Below, one piece after another: positions 1-8,601 of a stretch of DNA of 64,000 nucleotides; the stretch's first letter is position 1, and each line of letters opens with the position of its first letter. The notes under the pieces were generated by a model, which saw nothing but the letters and a program-made list of their open reading frames with translations, did not search any database and was not told the DNA's origin. Both the position numbers and the translations under genes were made by a program. Source of the DNA: a virus; IMG/VR virus record IMGVR_UViG_3300025108_004499, one strand, 5' to 3'.

Positions 1-82
1 CAGGACGTTTTTTCTTGAAAGCTCGCATAATGCTTTTTTTAGCGCCATTGGGCGAAACAGTACGTAGTGCAGTATTTTCCAT
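1..82 (-). CDS. 5' end of a gene running off the window, possibly a MoxR/AAA-type ATPase
   Basis: ATG at 82 with GAGGAA SD; reads MENTALRTVSPNGAKKSIMRAFKKKRP, resembling the segment before Walker A in phage MoxR-like ATPases; Walker A itself is outside the window. Confidence 0.45.
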   Translation of the reverse strand, partial: MENTALRTVSPNGAKKSIMRAFKKKRP

Positions 83-138
83 ATTATATTCCTCTTCTAT
101 TGTTATCAGTGCCATACTTTATTTCTAAGTATGTATAT

Positions 139-167
139 ATAATACACTAAGTTATGCCAGAAGTCAA
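139..167 (-). promoter_or_regulatory. sigma70-type promoter
   Basis: TTGACT-17 nt-TATTAT on minus strand upstream of the gene starting at 82. Confidence 0.8.
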
Positions 168-200
168 CCACTTTTGGACGTTTTTTACAATTTATTTTTT

Positions 201-345
201 TCGTACCATTTAATAGAACCTATGCGACAGACACCTTAAATGTACGATTTTCACGTCTAAATGGCTCTTAAACTGCGTTTAACGTTTTTCTGGGGTGTTT
301 GTATGTATTAGACTATAAGACCGTTATAAGAGCATTTAATGACGT
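201..345. repeat. two imperfect inverted repeats in the intergenic region
   Basis: TCGTACCATTTAA(201-213)/TTAAATGTACGA(236-247); ACGTCTAAATGGCTCTTAAAC(253-273)/GTTATAAGAGCATTTAATGACGT(323-345). Confidence 0.6.
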
Positions 346-346
346 T

Positions 347-727
347 TTATTCGTGCCGTTTCATGGCCTTTGTAAGTCCGTACTTGCGTAAGTCACCACT
401 AAAAAGATGTAATTCCATGCTCTTTTTTTCGTCTGTAACCCATATACTGTATGTGGTTAGATAGTAAGGGCATGTAATAAATTGGTCTAAAAATATGTAA
501 GTTTGTGTCGTAAATTTGAAATCCCTAGGAAAAGGAATTTCATACATCTGTATATCTAATTTTTCTTGTAAAAAATCAAAGCCGTCTTCAGTAAGTCTTA
601 GTCCGCCTGTTACTTTACCTCTGGTGTTTTGCCACCAGTCTGACATATACTGTTTAACATTGGCATCGCTAATAGCAATGTCTGATTGCTTTAGAAAGAC
701 TTTAGTATATGTTTCTTTCCAGTTCAT
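347..727 (-). CDS. hypothetical phage protein
   Basis: 126 aa ORF, ATGA-coupled to the upstream gene. Confidence 0.8.
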   Translation of the reverse strand: MNWKETYTKVFLKQSDIAISDANVKQYMSDWWQNTRGKVTGGLRLTEDGFDFLQEKLDIQMYEIPFPRDFKFTTQTYIFLDQFITCPYYLTTYSIWVTDEKKSMELHLFSGDLRKYGLTKAMKRHE

Positions 728-1014
728 TCATCTGTAACCAGTTCACCTGAGGTAAGTTTATATACTGCGAAGTCTTCACTTCTAAATAAATCGTTTAATT
801 TTTTTGCTAGATTGTGTGCATGTCCTGGATTACTAAAGGATACTTTTTTATACTTTGGTCCAGGATAGTTTGTTATTGCGTTTGATGTCTTTAGATTAAA
901 CGGAGCACCTTTAAAAAACACAGCCCAAATAGCTTCAGCCTGTAAAACTTGCTCGCACTTATAAGATGCTTTGTCAACATTTTCTAAAATAATCGTTGGT
1001 TTTGGTCTACTCAT
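724..1014 (-). CDS. hypothetical phage protein
   Basis: 96 aa ORF with AAGGA SD and upstream late-promoter motif. Confidence 0.8.
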   Translation of the reverse strand: MSRPKPTIILENVDKASYKCEQVLQAEAIWAVFFKGAPFNLKTSNAITNYPGPKYKKVSFSNPGHAHNLAKKLNDLFRSEDFAVYKLTSGELVTDE

Positions 1015-1050
1015 ATGCGTATCCTTTTAATTAACTACGCATATATTTAT
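1013..1050 (-). promoter_or_regulatory. late promoter (ATAAATA) overlapping a hairpin that covers the start codon
   Basis: perfect 9-bp inverted repeat ATATGCGTA(1013-1021)/TACGCATAT(1036-1044); ATAAATA at 1050-1044. Confidence 0.6.
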
Positions 1051-1079
1051 CTTTTTTTATTAGAAAACTACCACTATAA

Positions 1080-1322
1080 TTAGACGTCTTGTGTATTTCT
1101 ATATTCTAATAGTATCTTTAATTGATTTTTATCAATACAAAATACGTGTTCAATTTTTTCCATTCGACCTTCGTAGTCTTGTATTAGTTTTTCAACTAGA
1201 GTTGGATAAAATTGAGGATCTGTTATACTACCTATACATTGATCTTCTGAATCAAATGTAGGTTTTGTAAAAATATACGGATCACCTTGATTAAAAAATA
1301 ATACTAATATGAACCACTTCAT
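1080..1322 (-). CDS. hypothetical protein with hydrophobic N-terminus
   Basis: 80 aa ORF, MKWFILVLFF start, two Cys. Confidence 0.7.
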   Translation of the reverse strand: MKWFILVLFFNQGDPYIFTKPTFDSEDQCIGSITDPQFYPTLVEKLIQDYEGRMEKIEHVFCIDKNQLKILLEYRNTQDV

Positions 1323-1567
1323 TTCCAGTCTCCACCGCCGTCCATAGTAACTGTTACAGGTTCATCATCTGCACTAGATTTATTATCAATAATAAGTTTT
1401 TCTAGTCTTCCTTGATGATTTGCCATTACAGTTCCTAGGGCGTATACAAGTGCTTTGGCTTGTGCTAGTGGAATTCTGATTTCTTTTTGGTTAGTAGTTT
1501 CAGCAGTCTTTACAATTTGTATAAACTGTTGAATTGGTATAGTATTAATTGGTTCGTTTGTTTGCAT
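1319..1567 (-). CDS. hypothetical protein
   Basis: 82 aa ORF overlapping both neighbours. Confidence 0.7.
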   Translation of the reverse strand: MQTNEPINTIPIQQFIQIVKTAETTNQKEIRIPLAQAKALVYALGTVMANHQGRLEKLIIDNKSSADDEPVTVTMDGGGDWK

Positions 1568-2024
1568 CTGAAAGTTCCTGCCTCATTGTAAATTCAGTTT
1601 TGAAAGGACCTCTGTAATCATACTTTTCAAGTGTGACTAGTTTAGGACAAAAACTTCGGACCCAACCCTTGTCAAAGTGAATAATGTAATATCCTGCCGC
1701 ATACAAACTCTTAGACTTTTTACTTTTAGTAAAGAGCGGTAATTTCTTTTGTACATTATACATTACATTGTAAGGTGTACTAGACGTTGAAAAACCGTGT
1801 ATTTCTTTAGTAGCAGAACTACCGTCTGATATAGTTGCTTTATCGTAACTAATACCGCCAATAAAACTATTAAAAGATTTAATATCAGTAAAGTAATCTG
1901 TTCCAGATGAACAACTATACATATATCTTTTGTCTTCTTGTTTTGATAGTGTACCAATACGTTCACCATCTTTTTCTACAATCCAAAATTTGTTCTTTAG
2001 GATTGGTTTTGCCTTAAGTGTCAT
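1545..2024 (-). CDS. hypothetical phage protein
   Basis: start moved to ATG at 2024 (GGAGG SD 5 nt upstream). Confidence 0.75.
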   Translation of the reverse strand: MTLKAKPILKNKFWIVEKDGERIGTLSKQEDKRYMYSCSSGTDYFTDIKSFNSFIGGISYDKATISDGSSATKEIHGFSTSSTPYNVMYNVQKKLPLFTKSKKSKSLYAAGYYIIHFDKGWVRSFCPKLVTLEKYDYRGPFKTEFTMRQELSDANKRTN

Positions 2025-2037
2025 TTTTGCCTCCATG

Positions 2038-3021
2038 TTATGAATACCTCGCATTGAGTGGATCAGCATATAACTGAACATTGTCTGCAATACGTTGCAT
2101 ATCGTGTTTAGCACAAAATTTCATTAAACGCATACCTACCTGTGTAACTTCTTTTGCAACCATGTTGTCTTCTATTACATCGTTAATAATACTTCTAATG
2201 TCGCCGGGTTGTGCAGTTAAATCACAAAGGACAACGTTACGTTGATAGTCATCAAGTACACGATGTTCTACACCTTCATGATCAGTCCAGCGTTGTAGCA
2301 TCATGTTGTTCCAGTTGTAACCTTTGTTGTCTTTATCTTCAAATGCTTCAATAAGACCAACTTTGTTCTTAGTACCTTTTGTACGTACACCAGGGTAAGC
2401 ACTGAACACATTATCACTTGTGTCACCACGCATACACTTTTCAAACAACATAAATTCTGGATTAGGAGCAGGCTTCGCCTCTTTAGTTTTCTTGTCAATA
2501 ACAGGTTGCTTCTTCTTATCATCAAAGTAACCTTCATGTGAAATAATTGTATTACTAACACCATTGTACTGTGTTACATTAGGTGCAATAAGTTGTGCAA
2601 AGTCACCGTCAGTACTAATAATAACATGATTATCATTAGGATGTGCTTGTACCCAACCTGCAATAAGATCATCTGCTTCTAGTTGTGGATGTTGCATTAC
2701 AGTACAGTTAGTCTTTGTACTTACAAAGTCTTTGAACTCATCAAACATCTCCCAAAACACTTTATCTTCTTCAGCCTGCGATTCAGTAAGTGCATCACGT
2801 GCAACCTTTCTGTTACGCTTGTAAGGCTCGTAAAAGTCCTTACGCCAGCTACGTCCTTCTAAACAGAACACAACATGACTGCCGTCAAAGTCAGCCCATG
2901 CTTTCTTAATACTGCTTAGTGTAATATGAAAAGCCATGCCTATCTTTGTATCAAGATCACCACGTATAACGTGTCTTGCACGGAAAAATGTATTAGCTGT
3001 GTCTACTAGAATGTATGTCAT
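2038..3021 (-). CDS. rnh: RNase H / 5'-3' flap exonuclease (T4 Rnh-like)
   Basis: YILVD, WRK..Y..YK.NR, EADD, STDGDF.QL and GDTSDNV motifs of the 5'-nuclease family. Confidence 0.9.
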   Translation of the reverse strand: MTYILVDTANTFFRARHVIRGDLDTKIGMAFHITLSSIKKAWADFDGSHVVFCLEGRSWRKDFYEPYKRNRKVARDALTESQAEEDKVFWEMFDEFKDFVSTKTNCTVMQHPQLEADDLIAGWVQAHPNDNHVIISTDGDFAQLIAPNVTQYNGVSNTIISHEGYFDDKKKQPVIDKKTKEAKPAPNPEFMLFEKCMRGDTSDNVFSAYPGVRTKGTKNKVGLIEAFEDKDNKGYNWNNMMLQRWTDHEGVEHRVLDDYQRNVVLCDLTAQPGDIRSIINDVIEDNMVAKEVTQVGMRLMKFCAKHDMQRIADNVQLYADPLNARYS

Positions 3022-3050
3022 TAGTTTGCCTTTGTAATTATTATAGTAGT

Positions 3051-3079
3051 ATTATAGCACCAGATCTGGCTTTTGTCAA
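3051..3079 (-). promoter_or_regulatory. sigma70 consensus promoter with extended -10
   Basis: TTGACA-17 nt-TATAAT preceded by TG. Confidence 0.9.
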
Positions 3080-3082
3080 GCA

Positions 3083-3466
3083 TTATTTAACTTCAGCTTT
3101 ACCATTATCGTCTGCTTTACTAGTATTGATATACCCCATACCGCGATTAGGTTCTTGACCTTCTTCATCTAAAACTTGTGTAGCAATAGTTCTAAACCAT
3201 TGATCTATAATCTGTTCTGGTTCTTCACCTTGATATCCTGCATCAATAAGTTGTTCAATAAACTCGTTATTCCAATCGAGCTCAAAGAACCCGTTCTTAA
3301 TGTTATCTGGATTCACTTGTGTATCTAGTACTGCTACCCAAGGCTTTTTATCTTTAGTTGCTTGTGCTTTTTCTTTTTCAAGAATAGCTCTGCGTTCTTC
3401 TTCTGCAGAAAGTACTTTTACTTTTTCGGGTTTCATACCCAATGCTTTTTTTACTTTATCTAACAT
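3083..3466 (-). CDS. hypothetical phage protein
   Basis: 127 aa ORF (GFFELDWN.EF). Confidence 0.75.
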   Translation of the reverse strand: MLDKVKKALGMKPEKVKVLSAEEERRAILEKEKAQATKDKKPWVAVLDTQVNPDNIKNGFFELDWNNEFIEQLIDAGYQGEEPEQIIDQWFRTIATQVLDEEGQEPNRGMGYINTSKADDNGKAEVK

Positions 3467-3551
3467 ATATCACCATCCTGCCTTTCTTATTTTATCTTCG
3501 TTAATAGGCGCCTTCATCGCCCTTTCGTGTTGCTTGTTCTTGTATTTTGCA

Positions 3552-4460
3552 TCAAGTGCCCCACGCATTTCCGAAGAGTGAAATGTGTAGTCTGGGGGTA
3601 AATCTCCACCCTTCGGCCATACACGCTTCAGCCACGTCTTTAACGTTGAGGGCATATTCTTCACTGCGTCCGCCCAACGGCATAAGATATACTGGACATT
3701 CCAACCCGGCACCTCTGTAAGCTTCAACAGCTCTTTTGACTTCATCAAAGTCACCTTGAGTAGCGACAACAAACTTAAGATACATGTCGCTGTCAGTAAC
3801 AAGCTGATACTCACTAGCCACGTCAGGCTTAATAGCAGTATCCCAAGGTTCTCCGCTAACGCTAAGTTTCGGGGAACAAGACCAAGTGACTTGGATTCTA
3901 TCTTGATCATTAAGATAGTTAAAGAAATCTTCGTGTAAATGTTGTGTAGTGTTTGTTTCAAATGTAACATTTTTTAAATCCTTCATACGTGGATGTTCAA
4001 ATAAATCAATGTAGAGCCTTTGCCACGCTAATAACGGCTCACCACCTGTTAAGATAAGGTGAACATCTTGTCCATTATCTTGTACCCATTTACCATTAGG
4101 AGTAAGTGATAGTAAATGTTCAACAACAGCATCAACACCTGCTAGTTTATTAAAATGTTTAAACTCTGGATAGATACTTGCATATGTATCACAGCCTGTA
4201 TGTATGATAGGCAAGTCGTTAAACTCTTTTGTAGTTTCGTGTACACCTTGGTTAATAAGTTCCATTACTTCTGCGTTATGTTTCTTACCTGCTTTATGTT
4301 GTTCCCAACGGTCACGTTTTTCATCTGTACCAAAGTTCATGCAACGAAAGTTACAACCAAATGTACGTAAGAATACACTAGGTACTCCTACAAATTTGCC
4401 TTCACCTTGTACACTATAAAATGCTTCTGAATATCTTAATTGTTTTTCTTTACTTTCCAC
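3552..4460 (-). CDS. queE: 7-carboxy-7-deazaguanine synthase (radical SAM)
   Basis: EAFYSVQGEG, FLRTFGCNFRC...GCDT with insertion, LTGGEP, ETN, SPKL, RLH motifs; start set at GTG 4460 with GGAG SD. Confidence 0.93.
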   Translation of the reverse strand: MESKEKQLRYSEAFYSVQGEGKFVGVPSVFLRTFGCNFRCMNFGTDEKRDRWEQHKAGKKHNAEVMELINQGVHETTKEFNDLPIIHTGCDTYASIYPEFKHFNKLAGVDAVVEHLLSLTPNGKWVQDNGQDVHLILTGGEPLLAWQRLYIDLFEHPRMKDLKNVTFETNTTQHLHEDFFNYLNDQDRIQVTWSCSPKLSVSGEPWDTAIKPDVASEYQLVTDSDMYLKFVVATQGDFDEVKRAVEAYRGAGLECPVYLMPLGGRSEEYALNVKDVAEACMAEGWRFTPRLHISLFGNAWGT

Positions 4461-5139
4461 AAGCAAACTCCTGTTGCAGTTTAATGTTATCCATAAACTC
4501 TTTTTTAGTACCTGCGTCATCTTTAAACGCACCTTTGAGTACAGTTGTTTGTGTAAGACTACTATGTGCCTTAACACCTCTGTTCTCTACACAACCATGC
4601 GTTGCTTGTACATAAACACCTAAGTGTTCTGCATCTGTTGCTTTTTGTATTTCGCGAGCAATATCATTTGCAAGTTCTTCTTGCAATGTACCACGTTCAG
4701 CACACCATTGTGCAATACGGGTGTATTTACTTAGTCCAATTAATTTGTCTGCGGCAATAATACCAATGTATGCAACACCTTTTACAATCTGATGATGATG
4801 CGAACACATACTTGTAAGTTCACTTCTAACAACTAACATACCTTCATAACGATCCATACTGTCATTTGGAAATGCTGTCGCTTTTGGAATTGGATCATAA
4901 CGTCCTGCCATTAATTCATTAATATACATCTTTGCTAGACGTTTACCAGTTCCCATACTATTAGGATCATTATGCCTGTCAATTACGAGTGAGTCTAGTA
5001 CACTCTCAAAGGCTACAGTTGCTTCGTCAATTAGTGCTTCTTTGTCGCCTTCTAATAAAACGTCACTGATGTTGTCACCAGCCCAAGATCTAATGCCAGC
5101 CTCTTCTAACCTTGCTTTAATTTCTTCACTTTTGTTCAT
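4450..5139 (-). CDS. folE: GTP cyclohydrolase I
   Basis: SMCSHH, GLSK..R, LQEE, H.C...RGV motifs. Confidence 0.95.
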   Translation of the reverse strand: MNKSEEIKARLEEAGIRSWAGDNISDVLLEGDKEALIDEATVAFESVLDSLVIDRHNDPNSMGTGKRLAKMYINELMAGRYDPIPKATAFPNDSMDRYEGMLVVRSELTSMCSHHHQIVKGVAYIGIIAADKLIGLSKYTRIAQWCAERGTLQEELANDIAREIQKATDAEHLGVYVQATHGCVENRGVKAHSSLTQTTVLKGAFKDDAGTKKEFMDNIKLQQEFACGK

Positions 5140-5184
5140 TTAGTTCTCCGATGTTAAGGCAGTGGATTGCCTGTAATAGTTTAT

Positions 5185-5213
5185 ATTATACAATATATTT
5201 AGGTCTGTGTCAA
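5185..5213 (-). promoter_or_regulatory. sigma70 consensus promoter of folE-queE
   Basis: TTGACA-17 nt-TATAAT; CTAAATA late-like motif within the spacer. Confidence 0.85.
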
Positions 5214-6022
5214 CCTTTTTTAACATAATTTAAGTAGTCTTTAGCAATTAATTCATGTATATGCTTAGTATAATGCTCGCCGTCGACTCTATGTTCGTCC
5301 GTTTCTATGTTAATGGCTTTTGCTAATTGCAAATAACCTTCTGCGGACGATGATGCTTTTGTACCTGCTTGCCAATCTCCGTAAAGCTCAACATTGTCAG
5401 GAACAAATACTCTATTGTTAATCGTCCATTGATACCATTTAATATCTCGTCTAGCACACATAGTATCAATTGCTAATAAGTCTAAACAATAGTCTTTGTA
5501 TTGTAAAGGTGTTACTAGCTCGTGCCAAAGTTTTGTGTAGATATATTTTTCATGAAAGGGTTTAAAGTCTGCTTGTACTTTCATATCGTCAAAAAAGAAA
5601 CCTTTAAATTCTTCGTAGTTTTCTTTTCTAACTTGATCAATCATTTCAATGTAATTTTCAGTTACACGATGATCTGTATATCTTTTTATCTTTTCGTCTT
5701 TTGGTTGATTGTCATCTAAGAACAAATCTACATTTGTATTTTCACCAACATCTAAGTTACGTGAACATGCAAGTAAGAATCTATTCCAATATGTACTTTG
5801 CACAAATACTTCATCAATGTCATCATAACGATCAAGCATTGATTTAACCCAAGCAGGATATTTTCTGTTACATCCACCTGGTTGACTATAGATAATAACT
5901 TCTTTATTATTTTCTTCGGCATATATCTCAGCATAGTTATTATCTTGCCATGCTGAGATTGTATCACCGATTTCAGAGTATCCGTGTGCGTGACTATCGC
6001 CGATGAATAGTGTTTTAGTCAT
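5210..6022 (-). CDS. SGNH/GDSL-like hydrolase or acyltransferase-fold protein
   Basis: N-terminal FIGDS and C-terminal DGEH (DxxH) motifs. Confidence 0.55.
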   Translation of the reverse strand: MTKTLFIGDSHAHGYSEIGDTISAWQDNNYAEIYAEENNKEVIIYSQPGGCNRKYPAWVKSMLDRYDDIDEVFVQSTYWNRFLLACSRNLDVGENTNVDLFLDDNQPKDEKIKRYTDHRVTENYIEMIDQVRKENYEEFKGFFFDDMKVQADFKPFHEKYIYTKLWHELVTPLQYKDYCLDLLAIDTMCARRDIKWYQWTINNRVFVPDNVELYGDWQAGTKASSSAEGYLQLAKAINIETDEHRVDGEHYTKHIHELIAKDYLNYVKKG

Positions 6023-6221
6023 TAAAATACTTGTTCAACATTTCTAGTCTATCATCAGCAGTTGCCATAGCATCTAATTCTTTTTGAATTGTTTCGATGA
6101 TGTCTGAATGTTCGCCAATGCCTACAACCTTTTCCATATACACATTAATATTAGTTTTGTGTAATAGGACTTCTGCTTCGGCATGTTTTCTTGCCGCTTC
6201 AATCATTTGCTGTTTCAACAT
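6015..6221 (-). CDS. small hypothetical coiled-coil protein
   Basis: 68 aa, VGIGEHSDI motif, overlaps neighbours. Confidence 0.7.
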   Translation of the reverse strand: MLKQQMIEAARKHAEAEVLLHKTNINVYMEKVVGIGEHSDIIETIQKELDAMATADDRLEMLNKYFND

Positions 6222-6567
6222 AAGTTCCTTTCCTGTAGTTTCCTTGTTTAGGTATTACGTGTCGTACGCCGCCGCGTGGATCATCCATATCGCCTTTGCG
6301 CCTAGGAATTAAGTGAACGTGTGGATAGTTAACAGTTTGTCCTGCCGCTTCTCCAACGTTTTGTCCGATGTTGAACGCATCACAGTATCCACGTTCAACC
6401 CAATCATAGCCCCATTTATATGCGGCCTCCATACATTTTGTTAGTCCTCTCCAGTCTTCTTGTTTAGGCACAAAAAGAATGTGTCCTTCAGTAACCGGAT
6501 AGCCATCTTTGTATACTGTAAAGTCTTTTGACTCAATTAGTACATCTGTCCAAGGTTTAGAATCCAT
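6199..6567 (-). CDS. HIT-family nucleotide hydrolase
   Basis: D.YPV..GH.L, G..AGQTV..PHVHLIPR; the first His position of the HxHxH triad reads Pro. Confidence 0.85.
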   Translation of the reverse strand: MDSKPWTDVLIESKDFTVYKDGYPVTEGHILFVPKQEDWRGLTKCMEAAYKWGYDWVERGYCDAFNIGQNVGEAAGQTVNYPHVHLIPRRKGDMDDPRGGVRHVIPKQGNYRKGTYVETAND

Positions 6568-7138
6568 AATTAAATGCCACCATTATACGTTCTTTATCTG
6601 TAAGTTGTTGTTCAACTTTATGATGCAAATGACTTGGAAAGATAATTAAACTTCCTGTCATTGCCGCACAAGTTACATTAGGAGAGTTTGCTTCATTTAG
6701 TTCTGAAACATTTACTCTCGGCCAGTTAGCTTTCATATTAGGATTAACAAGTGTTAGTCCTGGATGATCTTGATCTGCTTGAATATAGTATACTCCACTC
6801 CATGTGTCTGGAAGATGATTATGTTCTTCGTGGTAAGTGTACTTACGATTAATACTAAACCAACTGCTCTTAAGTGAAGGCGTATGTTGTAGTTTAGTTT
6901 CTTTATGACACTCTTTTACACTTGCATCAATAAAGTTTTTTAAATCTTCAAACAACGGATGTTCTAAAATACTTTCACTGCCGTATGATGTATATCCGTT
7001 AGCAGTATATCTTATAGGAGATTTATCTGTTTTTTCTTTTGCTAAAAGCTCTTTAACTACAGACTTTTGTAGCTCTTGAGCTTTGTCGTATACAGCTCTA
7101 AATACTTGTGTTGGAAATATAAACTGCTTCTCAATCAT
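6557..7138 (-). CDS. 2OG-Fe(II) oxygenase-like protein
   Basis: W...N....HxH....SGVYY, IFPS.L.H.V, R...AFN; start at ATG 7138 (TAATG overlap). Confidence 0.8.
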   Translation of the reverse strand: MIEKQFIFPTQVFRAVYDKAQELQKSVVKELLAKEKTDKSPIRYTANGYTSYGSESILEHPLFEDLKNFIDASVKECHKETKLQHTPSLKSSWFSINRKYTYHEEHNHLPDTWSGVYYIQADQDHPGLTLVNPNMKANWPRVNVSELNEANSPNVTCAAMTGSLIIFPSHLHHKVEQQLTDKERIMVAFNYGF

Positions 7139-7683
7139 TAATATTCTCCAACGTGTTCCCAAGGATAAACTAACCAAACATCTTCTTCTGCTTTATTTAC
7201 TTCGTGGCAACTATAGGATATTGTACTATTGAAATCACTTGCTAAATTATCGGTTAGTGTAGCAAAGCGAACATTGTTACCAAACACATTATTCCATTTA
7301 GGATCATCAGGCAAACACCCTTGTTTCCAGTCTTGCATAATCCAATTAAACGTAGCACCAGTATCGTTAATATCATCTACAATAAGAATTTTCTTTTCTA
7401 ATGGCCCTGCTGTTACTTTTGTACCATCGTTGTATCCATATGCATCTTCTGCCATCCATAACATACTATCGCCAGTCTTACCTGACTCTCCATCACGTAA
7501 ACTTACTTTAAGTGCTTCACAACGTATACCTGTGATGTTACTAATAATAGTAGCAGGTACATTACCACCACGTGTAATACCTACAATGTAATCAGGCTTC
7601 CAATTGTCAGCGTACATTTGATTTACAATACTAACGCACATACGTTCTACGTCTTGCCAGTTGTAATAGTGTTTTTTAATCAT
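7138..7683 (-). CDS. type I phosphoribosyltransferase (Gpt/purine PRTase-like)
   Basis: IVGITRGG.VPA, PRPP loop ILIVDDINDTGAT, C-terminal W.VYPWE. Confidence 0.88.
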   Translation of the reverse strand: MIKKHYYNWQDVERMCVSIVNQMYADNWKPDYIVGITRGGNVPATIISNITGIRCEALKVSLRDGESGKTGDSMLWMAEDAYGYNDGTKVTAGPLEKKILIVDDINDTGATFNWIMQDWKQGCLPDDPKWNNVFGNNVRFATLTDNLASDFNSTISYSCHEVNKAEEDVWLVYPWEHVGEY

Positions 7684-7858
7684 GATATCCATCATCCTCA
7701 TCTAATATTTTAATAGTTGGTTTATTAATAAACCAGTTTGGAACCTCTGGACAAGCATCTTTAATTTCTTGACTAGTATATGATTCAGGTTGTCTAATAC
7801 CATATTTGTTCATTTGGTCTAAAGCCCAATCTGTAACATCTTGCTTGTTCTTAAACAT
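7676..7858 (-). CDS. hypothetical protein
   Basis: 60 aa ORF coupled to both neighbours. Confidence 0.6.
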   Translation of the reverse strand: MFKNKQDVTDWALDQMNKYGIRQPESYTSQEIKDACPEVPNWFINKPTIKILDEDDGYHD

Positions 7859-8267
7859 TCTTTAAATAATCCTTGTTGTCGATCCATTTACCATTTTTTA
7901 CAAAGCCCCAGCTTTGTGCTTTTCTACCCATGAAGAATAAACTCCAACATGGAATGTTATTTCCATCTTTGTCCTTTGCAAGCTCTAACCAATGTAGATC
8001 TTTTGCTGAACGAAAACGTATGCTACCTGGACCACGCCAAAACTTGCCTTGTGGTGTATGTTCCCAATAGCCGCCTTTAATAATAAATGCTCCCCAACTC
8101 CAAGGATGATCATGTAGTGTAGGCTCATCACTTACTAAAACTTTATGTAGTGTGATGTTAAAAGGAAAGTTTTTTCTTTCTTTTAAAAACAAATAATATC
8201 TTACTAGGTAAGGTACTTTACCGCTTCTATCTGTAATTACACGTTTACGGTTTTTAAAAAAGTTCAT
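7851..8267 (-). CDS. cupin-fold protein
   Basis: LHDHPW...GGYWE...H metal-binding cupin pattern. Confidence 0.65.
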   Translation of the reverse strand: MNFFKNRKRVITDRSGKVPYLVRYYLFLKERKNFPFNITLHKVLVSDEPTLHDHPWSWGAFIIKGGYWEHTPQGKFWRGPGSIRFRSAKDLHWLELAKDKDGNNIPCWSLFFMGRKAQSWGFVKNGKWIDNKDYLKNV

Positions 8268-8601
8268 CTTTTATTTCCCCTGATTCTTTTTTACCTTTGT
8301 AATCTTGCTTAACCATATTATATACACTTTCAAAGTTGCGCCAAACTTTTACAAGTGCAGGATATTCTTTACACATGTTTTCTACTTCGTCTGGATCAAT
8401 CATGGTATCTAAAATATTATAATAACCACCTGTACTACCTGCACTATCAAATGTAATATTTGGACCTGCACTATTTGTATTGATAATGTATTCACCACCA
8501 GTATCATTTACACCATCAATGGTAATTGTTACATCACTAAGACCATAATCCATACTTGGTGAATCTGTTGTAATATAACCTGTATCGTAATCATCACCCA
8601 T
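8254..8601 (-). CDS. hypothetical acidic protein
   Basis: 115 aa, low-complexity N-terminus, YPAL...W..F..VY C-terminus. Confidence 0.7.
   Translation of the reverse strand: MGDDYDTGYITTDSPSMDYGLSDVTITIDGVNDTGGEYIINTNSAGPNITFDSAGSTGGYYNILDTMIDPDEVENMCKEYPALVKVWRNFESVYNMVKQDYKGKKESGEIKDELF

Noticed and set aside
3470-3970. 166 aa minus-strand ORF overlapping queE in another frame
   Set aside because: Mostly nested in queE; only the last 32 codons (3470-3568) could be a real small gene and I cannot support it
5140-5180. Known preQ1-I or THF-II riboswitch upstream of folE
   Set aside because: Loop too short and the conserved nucleotides I recall are absent; kept only as a candidate novel element
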